A stretch of DNA of 32,000 nucleotides from an uncultured bacterium (GTDB lineage: Bacteria > Auribacterota > JACPWU01): the NCBI GenBank assembly GCA_964640155.1, contig CAZXEQ010000004.1:1-32000 (forward strand). The letters run 5' to 3'. A program made the position numbers and the translations under genes. Of this stretch, positions 15,979-26,112 are shown in pieces. Numbering within the stretch: the stretch's first letter is position 1; every line of letters starts with the position of its first letter. Under the pieces are notes generated by a model. The model made no database searches and was not told the DNA's origin. It saw nothing but the letters and a program-made list of their open reading frames with translations.

Positions 15979-16750
15979 ACTTGTCGCAATTGATATTGGC
16001 AATACCAATATTGTTATCGGTGTTTTTTCTGGCTCAACCATTACCAATTTCTGGCGCATCAATACCATAAAGAAAAACGCGGACCACTATCTCGAAACTC
16101 TTCCTGAAGGATTTCGCGAATTAAAAGACATCGATGGCGTTGTTCTGGCAACCGTTGTTCCTGATTTAAGAGAAACGTTTGAAGTTGTATGTCAGAAACT
16201 CTTTAATAAAAAACCCATCAATGTTTCTTCAGATTTGGATATTGGTCTTAAAATCTGGTACAAAAATCCACGACAAGTAGGGGCTGATCGAATAGCAAAT
16301 GCTGTGGCTGCACGAGAACTTTACGGGACCCCCGCTATTGTTATTGATTTTGGAACAGCTGTAACCTTTGACATTATTTCCCTTGGTGGAGAATATTTAG
16401 GGGGTGTTATTCTCCCGGGGATGGGTTTAAGTCGAGATATTCTGCATGAACGAACCGCTCTTTTACCTTGGGTGAATATCATTAAAACAGATGAAATATT
16501 AGGCCGCGATACTGTTTCTGCAATTCAGTCTGGAATTTACTGGGGCTTCATCGGAATGGTTAAATATTTACTTAAACGTCTTAAAATGGAAGTTTTTCCG
16601 GGAATTGATACGGATATCAAAATCATTGCCACCGGCGGCTATGTTTCTTATTTCTTAACCGATCTTGAAGAAGTACAGCATTTTGACTCTAACTTAACCC
16701 TCAAGGGGTTAAAATGTATTTATGACATTGTAACGTCTGGAAAACATTAA
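15968..16750 (+). CDS. coaX: Type III pantothenate kinase
   Basis: LVAIDIGNTN, VGADRIANAVAA, VIDFGTAVTFD, ATGG. The ORF is open from 15947, but MTNKLVAIDIG is the family-typical start. 11-nt overlap with birA. Confidence 0.9.
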   Translation: MTNKLVAIDIGNTNIVIGVFSGSTITNFWRINTIKKNADHYLETLPEGFRELKDIDGVVLATVVPDLRETFEVVCQKLFNKKPINVSSDLDIGLKIWYKNPRQVGADRIANAVAARELYGTPAIVIDFGTAVTFDIISLGGEYLGGVILPGMGLSRDILHERTALLPWVNIIKTDEILGRDTVSAIQSGIYWGFIGMVKYLLKRLKMEVFPGIDTDIKIIATGGYVSYFLTDLEEVQHFDSNLTLKGLKCIYDIVTSGKH

Positions 16751-16755
16751 AGAAA

Positions 16756-16789
16756 ATGGATCCCCGACAGAAATACTCGGGGATGACAG
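16756..16789 (+). repeat. 34-nt palindromic repeat unit, left half of a head-to-head pair
   Basis: ATGGATCCCCGACAGAAATACTCGGGGATGACAG, beginning 6 nt after the coaX stop. Confidence 0.85.
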
Positions 16790-16802
16790 AAGCATGTACA
16801 AG

Positions 16803-16836
16803 CCGTCATTCCCGAATTCAGTAATCGGGAATCCAG
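16803..16836 (-). repeat. 34-nt palindromic repeat unit, right (inverted) half of the pair
   Basis: CCGTCATTCCCGAATTCAGTAATCGGGAATCCAG is the reverse complement of CTGGATTCCCGATTACTGAATTCGGGAATGACGG. A 13-nt spacer (16790-16802) separates it from the left unit. Confidence 0.8.
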
Positions 16837-16846
16837 TGGAAAATCA

Positions 16847-16870
16847 TTACTATCTATTAAAAAATAGTAA
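16847..16870. promoter_or_regulatory. Inverted repeat TTACTAT-N10-ATAGTAA upstream of recN (candidate operator)
   Basis: Perfect 7-bp arms at 16847-16853 and 16864-16870, ending 25 nt upstream of the recN GTG start. Confidence 0.25.
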
Positions 16871-16894
16871 AAGTATCCTTAATAAAGGTATAGC

Positions 16895-18553
16895 GTGCTC
16901 AAGCGACTTTTTATAAAAAATATCGCTTTAATCAGCGAAATCGAAATTGAGTGGGGTTCTGGATTTAATGCTCTGACGGGCGAAACGGGCGCAGGAAAAT
17001 CTATCACTGTTGAAGCACTTTTGCTTATTTTAGGAGATCGTGCATCTGCCGATCTAATTCGAGAAGGGGAATCCAAAGGAATTGTAGAGGCTTCTTTCGA
17101 AATAAAAAATCTTAATCAAGTCCATACTTTATTAGATGAGCAGGGCATTGAAATTGAAGAACATCAATTGATTGTTCGTCGAGAAATTTCTTCTGACGGT
17201 AAATCTCGAGCTTTTGTCAATGGCGCTCAAGTGAATCTCGCTTTTTTGAAGTCTCTAGGCGAACACTTGGTAGATCTTCATGGGCAACATGAACATCAGT
17301 CTTTGCTTCAACCTGTGCATCAAAGAGAATTCTTGGATATTTTCGCAGGATTGATTCCTTTAAGAACTTCCGTTCAAGAAAGTTTTCAATTATTACAAAG
17401 CATTATTCAAAAAAAGAAAGAGCTTGAAGCATCTCTTCGGGATAGAGATCGTCAACTTGATTTTTTAAGATTCCAAGCCAAAGAAATCAAAGACATTCAT
17501 CTAGAAAACGAAGAAGAAGATAAAATTGAAGAAGAAATTCGACTTTTGTCTCATTCTGAGAAAATTCAAGAATTGGTTAAAAGCATAGACACTTTACTTA
17601 ATGACGCAGATCCTGCATTGTTTGATCAAATTTTTCAGTTGATAAACTCTGTTCAAGAACTATCTACCATAGATGCTGAATTGTCGTCTCAAGTCAACGC
17701 CGCTGAGGAAATTCGTTTTAAATTAGAAGACATTCAGAGTGTTGTCAAAAATAAGTTTGGCTCCATTGAATATGATCCTGAACGATTGCAATATCTGGGT
17801 GACCGCTTACTTGAGATTGGACGGCTTAAGAAAAAATATGGAGCTAATCTAGGAGAGATTCTTATAGAAACCGAAAAGAAAATTGAAGAATTAGAAAAAG
17901 GGGAGGCGGGTCTTCAAGAAATTGAGACCCAAATACAAAGCTTACAAAAAAACTATGATGAAAAAGCAAATCGATTACGAAAAGAAAGAAAGAGCTGGGG
18001 ACAGAAACTTTCAATCGGCATTGTCAAAGAATTAGAAGGGCTTGGTTTAAAAGGCTCTTCATTTGAGATTCGCCTTCAGGAAATACCTCCCAGCCCCTCA
18101 GGAATGGATGATGTCATTTTTTACATCTCAACCAATGTCGGACACTCGCCAAAACCTTTGCATGAAGTAGTGTCTGGAGGAGAGCTGTCGAGAATTATGC
18201 TTGCGATTAAAACCCTTCTCACCAAAAAGGCGCTTGTTCCTGTCCTTATATTTGATGAAATTGATGCCAATTTAGGAGGGCAAACAGCTCATAAAGTTGC
18301 AGTTAAATTGCAAGAAGTCTCCCAATCGCATCAAATTATTGTCATTACCCATTTAGCTCAAATTGCAGCCTATGCTGATCAGCAATACTATGTTGAGAAA
18401 ATTCAGGCAAATAAGAAGGTCAGTACACGCGTTTTGTTGCTTTCCTCTGAAGATAGAACTAAAGAAATAGCTCGCATGCTCGGAAGCGCCCAAATTTCCT
18501 CCGTTGCTTTAACTCACGCCAAAGAACTTCTGAGTACGGCTCAGAAGGTATAA
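16895..18553 (+). CDS. recN: DNA repair protein RecN
   Basis: 552 aa. Walker A LTGETGAGKSI, a long central coiled coil, the ABC/SMC signature GGELSRIMLAIK, and Walker B VLIFDEID. Confidence 0.95.
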   Translation: MLKRLFIKNIALISEIEIEWGSGFNALTGETGAGKSITVEALLLILGDRASADLIREGESKGIVEASFEIKNLNQVHTLLDEQGIEIEEHQLIVRREISSDGKSRAFVNGAQVNLAFLKSLGEHLVDLHGQHEHQSLLQPVHQREFLDIFAGLIPLRTSVQESFQLLQSIIQKKKELEASLRDRDRQLDFLRFQAKEIKDIHLENEEEDKIEEEIRLLSHSEKIQELVKSIDTLLNDADPALFDQIFQLINSVQELSTIDAELSSQVNAAEEIRFKLEDIQSVVKNKFGSIEYDPERLQYLGDRLLEIGRLKKKYGANLGEILIETEKKIEELEKGEAGLQEIETQIQSLQKNYDEKANRLRKERKSWGQKLSIGIVKELEGLGLKGSSFEIRLQEIPPSPSGMDDVIFYISTNVGHSPKPLHEVVSGGELSRIMLAIKTLLTKKALVPVLIFDEIDANLGGQTAHKVAVKLQEVSQSHQIIVITHLAQIAAYADQQYYVEKIQANKKVSTRVLLLSSEDRTKEIARMLGSAQISSVALTHAKELLSTAQKV

Positions 18554-18688
18554 GTTTAATTTAATCAATAAAATATTCCTCTTAAAAAATTGAATTTCCT
18601 CTTCTCTAATGATACCATTTGAAGGCTATTGGAGTTTTCGAATTAAGCTATTGATTCATCTTTTTCAAAAAGGGAAGAGAGAAACGCC

Positions 18689-18955
18689 ATGTTCAAAGCA
18701 AAAATCACTGTCACGCTCAAAAAAGGGGTCGCTGATCCTCAAGGTTTAGCCGTTATCAATGCTTTAAGAACCATGCAATACAATAATATTCAAGATGTAC
18801 GAATTGGGAAATATATTGAGGTTGCTCTCCAATCTTCAACAAATGCTGATGCACAAAAAGAAGTTCGTGAAATCTGTGAGAAGCTATTAGTTAATCCTAT
18901 TATTGAACAATATCATTATGAACTTGAAGCTGCTGAAAAGGTAGTCAAAGTATGA
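18689..18955 (+). CDS. purS: Phosphoribosylformylglycinamidine synthase subunit PurS
   Basis: 88-aa ORF with [12 protein letters not shown]. It sits immediately upstream of purQ with an ATGA overlap. Confidence 0.85.
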   Translation: MFKAKITVTLKKGVADPQGLAVINALRTMQYNNIQDVRIGKYIEVALQSSTNADAQKEVREICEKLLVNPIIEQYHYELEAAEKVVKV

Positions 18956-19647
18956 AATTTGCAGTAGTCGTTTTCCCAGGCTCTAACTGTGATGCCGATT
19001 GCTTTCATGTTGTAAAAAATGTTTTGAAGCAAGAAGTTGAATATGTCTGGCATCGTGATTCTAATCTAAAGGGTTTTGACTGCGTCATTATTCCCGGCGG
19101 ATTTTCCTACGGTGACTATTTGAGAACTGGGGCCATTGCTCGTTTTTCTCCTGTCATGAATTCTGTGGTTGAGTTTGCGAAAAAGGGCGGTCTTGTCATT
19201 GGCATATGCAATGGTTTTCAAATATTGTTGGAAAGCGGCCTTTTGCCGGGCGCTATGCTTCGTAATGCCTCTTTAAAATTTGTTTGTCAATATGTTCATC
19301 TTCGATGTGAAAATAATCAAACTTCTTTCACAAATTCTTGTAGTAAGGGTCAAGTTTTAAGCATTCCAATTGCACATGGGGAGGGGAATTATTTTACCGA
19401 TCCAGAGACTTTAAAAAGATTAAACGATCACAATCAAATTGTATTTCGTTATTCTGACGCAAAAGGAACCATTTCAAAAGAGGCAAATCCCAACGGTTCT
19501 TTAGAAAATATTGCTGGGATTATCAATACACAAGGCAATGTTTTGGGTATGATGCCTCATCCTGAAAGAGCCAGCGAAAAAGCTTTGGGCTCTGAAGATG
19601 GGAAATTTATTTTTGAATCAATTTTGAATGTATTAGTGAATAAGTAA
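18952..19647 (+). CDS. purQ: Phosphoribosylformylglycinamidine synthase, glutaminase subunit PurQ
   Basis: [10 protein letters not shown], nucleophile motif [21 protein letters not shown]. Confidence 0.95.
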   Translation: MKFAVVVFPGSNCDADCFHVVKNVLKQEVEYVWHRDSNLKGFDCVIIPGGFSYGDYLRTGAIARFSPVMNSVVEFAKKGGLVIGICNGFQILLESGLLPGAMLRNASLKFVCQYVHLRCENNQTSFTNSCSKGQVLSIPIAHGEGNYFTDPETLKRLNDHNQIVFRYSDAKGTISKEANPNGSLENIAGIINTQGNVLGMMPHPERASEKALGSEDGKFIFESILNVLVNK

Positions 19648-19654
19648 TTTAAAA

Positions 19655-19688
19655 ATGGATCCCCGATTAACACACTCGGGGATGACAG
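19655..19688 (+). repeat. 34-nt palindromic repeat unit (single copy)
   Basis: ATGGATCCCCGATTAACACACTCGGGGATGACAG, located 8 nt after the purQ stop and ending 7 nt before the purL ATG. Confidence 0.85.
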
Positions 19689-19695
19689 GGAAGAT

Positions 19696-21918
19696 ATGAT
19701 AGCTATTACCGAAGAAGTAATTTCCAAACATGGTTTAACTCAAGAAGAATATGAAAAAATTAAAAACTTCTTGGGGCGCGAACCTAACTTTCTAGAGCTT
19801 GGACTTTTTTCTGTGATGTGGAGCGAGCATTGCGGATATAAAAATTCAAAACTCGAACTCAAAAAACTTCCAACCACTGGCTCTGGGATTTTGATTAAAG
19901 CCGGAGAAGAAAACGCTGGAGCTATTGATATTGGTGATGGATGGTGTTTGGTTTTTAAAATGGAAAGCCACAATCATCCTTCAGCTATTGAACCTTTTCA
20001 GGGAGCCGCCACAGGAGTAGGGGGTATTATTCGAGACATTTTTACCATGGGCGCTCGCCCCATTGCTTTGATGGATTCTTTACGATTTGGTCGCCTGGAA
20101 GATGCAAAGACACGAACCTTGCTTAATGGTGTTGTTTCAGGCATTGCCCACTATGGCAATTGTATTGGCATTCCAACCGTAGGTGGAGAGATTTATTTTG
20201 AAGAAACTTATTCCACTAATCCGCTTGTCAATGTTTTCTGTTTAGGCGTTGCAAAGCAAACAGATTTGGTTAAGGGAAAGGCAAAAGGGTTAGGTAATCC
20301 CGTCTTTTATGTAGGTGCCGCTACTGGTAGAGATGGCATTCATGGCGCCACATTTGCTTCAGACGAACTCAATGAAAAATCGCATGAAGATCGTCCCAGC
20401 GTTCAAACGGCAGATCCATTTATGGAAAAACTTTTGGTGGAAGCCTGTCTGGAGCTTTTTAAGAAACCAGGGGTTGTGGTAGGTGTGCAGGACATGGGAG
20501 CTGCAGGACTAACTTGTTCCACTTGTGAAACCGCATCTCGTGGAAATTCTGGAATTGAAATTGATGTGTCTTTAGTGCCCATGAGAGAAACGGGCATGAA
20601 TCCTTATGAAATCATGCTTTCAGAATCTCAAGAACGTATGCTTTTCATTATCCAAAAAGGCAAAGAAGATGAAGTACTCAAAACTTTTGAAAAATGGGGG
20701 CTTCATGCCGCGTTGATTGGGCATGTGACTGCAGGCAACCGAATGGTTGTAAAAGAAAATGGAAAAGTTGTTGCAGATGTTCCATCCAAAGCGTTAACCG
20801 ATGAAGCACCTCTTTATCGAAGAGAAGCAAAAAAACCTGCTTATTTAGATCTTATTAATCAAACTCCAAATTTACCTTCTGATTCAGAAAATTATTCGAA
20901 AGAATTTCTTCAGCTTTTAGCTGAACCTAGCATTGCCAGCAAAGAATGGATTTATCGGCAATACGATCATATGGTGATGGACAACACTGTTGTTCTGCCA
21001 GGCTCTGATGCTGCTGTTCTTCGACTGAAAGAGGCTGGGAAATGGATTGCTATGACTTCTGATTGCAATGGTCGATATTGTTACCTGGACCCATATCAAG
21101 GAACAGTGATGGCTGTCGCAGAAGCTGTAAGAAACTTGGCTGTTACAGGAGCTAAACCTATTGGCCTTACAGATTGTCTTAATTTTGCTAATCCATTAAA
21201 ACCTGAAAATTTTTGGCAACTTCAGAAATCAGTCGAAGGAATTCGAGACGCTTGCTTAAAATTCGGAATTCCTGTTACAGGTGGAAACGTAAGTCTTTAC
21301 AATGAAAGCCATTTGGGGCCTATTTATCCAACCCCAGCGATTGGTATCGTCGGAGTTATTGCTCAAGAATCTCATATCACTACCATTGATTTTAAGAAAG
21401 AAGGGGATGCTGTTTATCTCATTGGCGGGTTAGGCCAAGGATTAGGAGGAAGCGAATATCTTTGGAGAATACGCAAAATTCAAAAAGGTCCTCTTCCGAA
21501 ATTTGATATTGAGAAAGAGTTGTCACTTCATAAACTTATTCTAGAAGCTATTGAAAAAGGTTTACTAAGAAGTGCCCACGATCTTTCCGAGGGGGGCTTA
21601 GCAGTTGCTTTGGCAGAAAGTTGCTTTAGGGGCGGATTGGGTGTTGAGTGTTCCCTTACCGAAAATAAAAATTTAAGAAAAGATGAAATGCTTTTTGGTG
21701 AAGCACCGTCCCGCGTCATTATATCTGTTAATCCTGCTCACGAAGAAGAACTTGTTAAACTTTGCAAGACTCAAAATGTTGAAATTTTAAAAATTGGAAA
21801 AATCACACAAGATAAATTTAAAGTAAGCATTGGAAATAAAACCGTTGTTGAAAATACTCTAGAGGAGATGGAAAAGGCGTGGAGAAATTCGATCAGTTCA
21901 TGGATGAAGAAAGCATAG
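19696..21918 (+). CDS. purL: Phosphoribosylformylglycinamidine synthase subunit PurL (small type)
   Basis: 740 aa. [42 protein letters not shown]. Confidence 0.97.
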   Translation: MIAITEEVISKHGLTQEEYEKIKNFLGREPNFLELGLFSVMWSEHCGYKNSKLELKKLPTTGSGILIKAGEENAGAIDIGDGWCLVFKMESHNHPSAIEPFQGAATGVGGIIRDIFTMGARPIALMDSLRFGRLEDAKTRTLLNGVVSGIAHYGNCIGIPTVGGEIYFEETYSTNPLVNVFCLGVAKQTDLVKGKAKGLGNPVFYVGAATGRDGIHGATFASDELNEKSHEDRPSVQTADPFMEKLLVEACLELFKKPGVVVGVQDMGAAGLTCSTCETASRGNSGIEIDVSLVPMRETGMNPYEIMLSESQERMLFIIQKGKEDEVLKTFEKWGLHAALIGHVTAGNRMVVKENGKVVADVPSKALTDEAPLYRREAKKPAYLDLINQTPNLPSDSENYSKEFLQLLAEPSIASKEWIYRQYDHMVMDNTVVLPGSDAAVLRLKEAGKWIAMTSDCNGRYCYLDPYQGTVMAVAEAVRNLAVTGAKPIGLTDCLNFANPLKPENFWQLQKSVEGIRDACLKFGIPVTGGNVSLYNESHLGPIYPTPAIGIVGVIAQESHITTIDFKKEGDAVYLIGGLGQGLGGSEYLWRIRKIQKGPLPKFDIEKELSLHKLILEAIEKGLLRSAHDLSEGGLAVALAESCFRGGLGVECSLTENKNLRKDEMLFGEAPSRVIISVNPAHEEELVKLCKTQNVEILKIGKITQDKFKVSIGNKTVVENTLEEMEKAWRNSISSWMKKA

Positions 21919-23333
21919 GGGATGGACGTCCTAAAGAAGCCTGTGGCGTATTTGGAGTTGCAGGCCTTGAGAACGCATCTCATCTAACTTATTTAGGTTT
22001 ATATGCCCTTCAGCATCGCGGACAAGAATCTGCAGGCATTGTAACCAGTGATGGAAAGACCCTTAAAGTGCATAAGGGCATGGGTTTGGTCTCAGAAGTT
22101 TTTAGCGAAAAGGTTTTAAAAGATTTAACAGGCCCTATTGCTATTGGACATGTTCGATATTCGACAACGGGTTCTAGCATGATTGAAAATGCACAACCAC
22201 TTTTGGTGAGCTGTGCAAAAGGGGATTTAGCCATTGGACATAATGGTAATCTGGTTAATTCAAGAGAACTCAGAGAAAAGCTAGAACGCAAAGGTTCTAT
22301 TTTTCAAACCACTGTTGACAGTGAAATCTTTCTTCATTTGATTGCTCATTCCACAGCAGAATCAAGAGAAGAGGCGTTAGTGGATACCCTCAAACAGGTC
22401 CGCGGAGCATATTCGCTTGTTATTTTATGGGAAGATGAATTGATTGGCGTTCGAGACCCTAATGGATTTCGTCCTCTTTGTTTAGGCGAAAGAGATGGTT
22501 CTTATGTTCTTGCATCTGAGACTTGTGCTTTGGATTTAATCGGCGCTAGATTTGTTCGCGACATTGAGCCTGGAGAAATTGTTTTCATTGGTAAAAATCT
22601 TGTCCGCTCTATCAAACCTTTTGATCCTCAGACTCCTTCAGCATTTTGCATTTTTGAAAATATTTATTTTGCCCGACCTGACAGTTCAATTTTAGGACAT
22701 AGTGTGCATTCTCTCCGCAAGAATTTAGGTGTTGAACTTGCAAGAGAACATCCTGTAAAAGCAGATGTGGTGATTCCGGTACCCGATTCTGGAAATTCTG
22801 CAGCCTTAGGGTTTTCACAAGAATCAGGCATTCCATTTGAGATGGGATTCATTCGAAATCATTATGTAGGAAGGACTTTTTTACAACCTAGCCAATTTAT
22901 TCGTGATGTGGGTGTGACCATTAAATTAAATCCGATTCGAGAAGTGATCGAAGGGAAACGTGTCATTGTTGTAGATGATTCTATTGTTCGCGGAACCACG
23001 AGCAAATCTCGTGTTCGCATCTTGAGACAAGCAGGAGCAAAAGAGGTTCATGTTCGTATCAGTTGTCCACCTCATGTGAGTCCTTGTTATTATGGAATTG
23101 ATTTTCCTTCTTCACAGGAGTTGATTGCAGCCAATAATACGATGGGAAAAATTCAAAGCTATCTTGAAGCGGACAGTTTGGGTTATTTAAGCGAAGCCGG
23201 TATGTTACGAGCCATGAGTCATTTGAAAATCGGATTTTGTACAGCTTGCTACACAAAAAAATATCCTGTACCGGTTGAAGAAGGTACAAATAAAATGGTT
23301 ATGGAGAAAAAGAGAAAGAAAGTAGTGTTATAA
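21900..23333 (+). CDS. purF: Amidophosphoribosyltransferase
   Basis: Propeptide followed by the catalytic CGVFGV. PRPP loop [11 protein letters not shown]. Cys cluster residues [13 protein letters not shown] and FCTACYT. A GTG at 21879 is an alternative start. The gene overlaps the purL 3' end. Confidence 0.94.
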   Translation: MDEESIGDGRPKEACGVFGVAGLENASHLTYLGLYALQHRGQESAGIVTSDGKTLKVHKGMGLVSEVFSEKVLKDLTGPIAIGHVRYSTTGSSMIENAQPLLVSCAKGDLAIGHNGNLVNSRELREKLERKGSIFQTTVDSEIFLHLIAHSTAESREEALVDTLKQVRGAYSLVILWEDELIGVRDPNGFRPLCLGERDGSYVLASETCALDLIGARFVRDIEPGEIVFIGKNLVRSIKPFDPQTPSAFCIFENIYFARPDSSILGHSVHSLRKNLGVELAREHPVKADVVIPVPDSGNSAALGFSQESGIPFEMGFIRNHYVGRTFLQPSQFIRDVGVTIKLNPIREVIEGKRVIVVDDSIVRGTTSKSRVRILRQAGAKEVHVRISCPPHVSPCYYGIDFPSSQELIAANNTMGKIQSYLEADSLGYLSEAGMLRAMSHLKIGFCTACYTKKYPVPVEEGTNKMVMEKKRKKVVL

Positions 23334-23369
23334 AACAAATTTTATTTTTCATATTTTAAGGAGGATTTC

Positions 23370-24410
23370 ATGTCTAATGAAGGAGTTTTAACGTATCAAC
23401 AAGCAGGTGTTGATATCAAAAAATTAGATCGATTCAAAAAAGATATTGCTAAACCTATTCATCAGACTTATGGCCCTGAAGTGCTTTCAAAAATTGGAGG
23501 TTTTGGCGGACTGTTTCGTTTGGATAAGAAAAAATATAAAAATCCTGTCCTGGTTTCTAGTGTTGATGGTGTCGGAACGAAACTTAAAATTGCCGCCATG
23601 ATGAATAAACACAATACGGTCGGGATGGATATTGTTCACCACTCTGCCAATGATATTGTGGTTCAAGGAGCAAAGCCCCTTTTCTTTTTAGATTATATTG
23701 GCTCTGGTGTTTTAAAACCAGAAATTGGACAACAAATTATCGAAGGCTTGGTAACGGGTTGTAAAATTGCAGGTTGTGCCCTTATTGGTGGGGAAACTGC
23801 GGAAATGCCTGGGATGTATAAAGAAGGTGATTATGATTTAGTGGGAACCATCGTTGGCGTCGTTGAAAAATCTGAAATTATTGACGGTTCAAAAGTGAGA
23901 CCAGGAGACATTTTGCTTGGAATTCCATCCAATGGATTACATACCAACGGATATTCTTTAGCTCGTAAAATCTTTTTTGAGAAATTAGGGTGGGAAGTCA
24001 ATCGGCACGTTTCTGAGTTAGGGGGAACTTTAGGTGAAGCTCTTTTAAAACCTCATACTTGCTATAGTAACGCTGTTTTAAAAGTTTATGAAGATGTCAA
24101 TATTCATTCAATCGCCCACATTACAGGCGGTGGATTTTCAGGGAATATTCCAAGAGTTTTACCTGAAGACTGCAAAGCCATTATCGATAAAAAATCTTGG
24201 AAAATTCCACCTCTCTTTCAATTAATGCAAAAACATGGAGATTTGCCAGATGAAGAAGCCTATCGTGTTTTTAATATGGGAATAGGACTTGTGGTTGTGG
24301 TGTCGCCTAAAAAAGCAGAAAAGGCAAAACGATTGTTTAAAAAATCCGGATTTGATGCACAGGAAATTGGGCAAATTGCTAAAGGAAAAAAAAGCGTAGA
24401 GTTTTGTTAA
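23370..24410 (+). CDS. purM: Phosphoribosylformylglycinamidine cyclo-ligase (AIR synthetase)
   Basis: VDGVGTKLKIA, GGETAEMPGMY, strong AAGGAGG Shine-Dalgarno. Confidence 0.96.
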   Translation: MSNEGVLTYQQAGVDIKKLDRFKKDIAKPIHQTYGPEVLSKIGGFGGLFRLDKKKYKNPVLVSSVDGVGTKLKIAAMMNKHNTVGMDIVHHSANDIVVQGAKPLFFLDYIGSGVLKPEIGQQIIEGLVTGCKIAGCALIGGETAEMPGMYKEGDYDLVGTIVGVVEKSEIIDGSKVRPGDILLGIPSNGLHTNGYSLARKIFFEKLGWEVNRHVSELGGTLGEALLKPHTCYSNAVLKVYEDVNIHSIAHITGGGFSGNIPRVLPEDCKAIIDKKSWKIPPLFQLMQKHGDLPDEEAYRVFNMGIGLVVVVSPKKAEKAKRLFKKSGFDAQEIGQIAKGKKSVEFC

Positions 24411-24431
24411 AAAATTAAAAGCCAAATGACA

Positions 24432-24465
24432 ATGGATTCCCGCCAGAAACACTCGGGAATGACAA
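24432..24465 (+). repeat. 34-nt palindromic repeat unit, left half of a head-to-head pair
   Basis: ATGGATTCCCGCCAGAAACACTCGGGAATGACAA, a variant with T/A compensatory changes in the stem. Confidence 0.8.
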
Positions 24466-24478
24466 ACACTTATGTTTT

Positions 24479-24512
24479 CTGTCATCCTCGAATGTACTAA
24501 TCGGGGATCCAT
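24479..24512 (-). repeat. 34-nt palindromic repeat unit, right (inverted) half of the pair
   Basis: CTGTCATCCTCGAATGTACTAATCGGGGATCCAT is the reverse complement of ATGGATCCCCGATTAGTACATTCGAGGATGACAG. The spacer (24466-24478) is again 13 nt. Confidence 0.8.
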
Positions 24513-24532
24513 AAAGTTAGGAGAAGAATTTC

Positions 24533-26101
24533 ATGAGCAAGATTGAACGAGCTATTATCAGTGTTTCAGACAAGAAAGGAATTGTGGAATTTGCCACAGA
24601 ACTTGACAAGCTAGGGGTTCAAATTATTTCCACTGGAGGAACTGCAAAGATTTTAAAAGAAGCGGGCATTCAAGTTAAACTTATTTCTGATTTAACGGGG
24701 TTTCCAGAAATATTAGACGGCAGAGTCAAAACGCTTCATCCTAAAGTGCATGGAGGACTTCTGGGGGTGCGAGATAGTTCTATCCATAAAAAACAAATGA
24801 GTGAGCAGGGAATTGTCCCCATCGACTTAATCGTTGTAAATCTCTACCCCTTTGAAGAAACGATCTCAAAAGAAGGAGCGAGTTTAGCCGAAGCCATTGA
24901 GAATATTGATATTGGTGGGCCTGCAATGCTTCGCTCGGGAGCAAAAAATTATCGCTTTGTGACGGTCGTTGTAAATCCGAGTCGTTACCCAATTTTGATT
25001 GACGAACTAAAACAAAATCAATGCTCACTTAGTGAAGGCTTTCGATTTCGCTTGGCTCAGGAAGCTTTTGCACATACGGCACGGTATGATTTAGCAATTG
25101 CAAATTATTTGGAAGGCCTCACTAAACCTAAGGGAGGAGTTGCTTTCCCTGATGAACTTTCTCTGGCGCTAAAAAAAGTAGATGATTTAAGATATGGAGA
25201 AAATCCACATCAAAAAGCAGCCTTTTATCAGGATTATCAAACAACGCTTCCGGGTCTTGCTTCTGCAAAACAACTGGCCGGGAAGGCTCTTTCTTTCAAC
25301 AATCTTCTTGATTTAGATGCAGCTTATCGTCTGCTGCAAGAATTTTCAACCCCAGCAACTGTCATTATTAAACATAACAATCCCTGTGGAGCTGCATTAG
25401 GTGAAAACATCTTGGAAGCCTATCGCAAAGCACTTGAAACAGATCCAACTTCCGCTTTTGGAGGTATTTTAGGTTTCAATCGACCTGTTGACGTTGACTT
25501 AGCTAAAACAATTACACAAGGGTTTGTAGAAGCTATCTTAGCCCCCAGTTTTACAGAAGATGCTCTCAATGAATTCAAGAAGAAAAAGAATTTAATTATT
25601 TTAGCATTAGAAGCAGCAGGTCAACCATTCAATGAAAAAGTACCTACTTATGATTACAAGAGAATTGTAGGAGGGCTTTTAGTTCAGGAAGCCGATCGCT
25701 TTCCTCTCAAAAAAGAAGAATTAAAAGTAGTTACTCAGCGTCAACCTTCGGTTGAAGAAATAGAATCGATGATTTTTGCTTGGGCCGTAACAAAGCATGT
25801 TAAGAGCAATGCCATTGTTTTTGCCAAAGGTAAAGAAACCATTGGTATAGGTGCAGGTCAAATGTCTCGTGTGGATTCGGTTCAGATTGCAATTATGAAA
25901 GCCAAGAAAAATATTCAAGGAGCTGTGATGGCTTCTGATGCTTTCTTTCCATTCCGTGATGGAATTGACATTGCTTCTCAAGCAGGTATTTCTGCTGTGA
26001 TACAACCAGGCGGATCCATTCGCGATCAAGAAGTTATACAAGCTTGTAACGAAAAAGGTATTGCGATGGTTTTAACTGGAATTAGACATTTTAGACACTA
26101 A
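24533..26101 (+). CDS. purH: Bifunctional AICAR transformylase / IMP cyclohydrolase
   Basis: 522 aa. ISVSDKKG, GRVKTLHPKVHGG, IKHNNPCG, QPGGSIRD. Confidence 0.97.
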   Translation: MSKIERAIISVSDKKGIVEFATELDKLGVQIISTGGTAKILKEAGIQVKLISDLTGFPEILDGRVKTLHPKVHGGLLGVRDSSIHKKQMSEQGIVPIDLIVVNLYPFEETISKEGASLAEAIENIDIGGPAMLRSGAKNYRFVTVVVNPSRYPILIDELKQNQCSLSEGFRFRLAQEAFAHTARYDLAIANYLEGLTKPKGGVAFPDELSLALKKVDDLRYGENPHQKAAFYQDYQTTLPGLASAKQLAGKALSFNNLLDLDAAYRLLQEFSTPATVIIKHNNPCGAALGENILEAYRKALETDPTSAFGGILGFNRPVDVDLAKTITQGFVEAILAPSFTEDALNEFKKKKNLIILALEAAGQPFNEKVPTYDYKRIVGGLLVQEADRFPLKKEELKVVTQRQPSVEEIESMIFAWAVTKHVKSNAIVFAKGKETIGIGAGQMSRVDSVQIAIMKAKKNIQGAVMASDAFFPFRDGIDIASQAGISAVIQPGGSIRDQEVIQACNEKGIAMVLTGIRHFRH

Positions 26102-26112
26102 AAGTGTGACGT

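Noticed and set aside
18554-18688. Purine, ZTP or PRPP riboswitch upstream of purS (also checked upstream of purH, 24411-24532).
   Set aside because: I could not find the conserved cores (for example the purine three-way junction, or the ZTP GGGUCGUGAC...CCGCCUGGGC). The purH spacer is fully explained by the repeat pair.
24222-24512. 96-aa minus-strand ORF (MDPRLVHSRMTENIS...).
   Set aside because: It starts in the inverted repeat unit and runs antisense into the purM 3' end. No motif and no RBS, so it is a repeat-generated artefact.
11958-24512. Could the recurring 34-nt units be a CRISPR array?
   Set aside because: Copies are kilobases apart or in inverted pairs with 13-nt spacers. Each unit is itself a hairpin located between housekeeping genes, and no cas genes are present. 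This is REP-like, not CRISPR.
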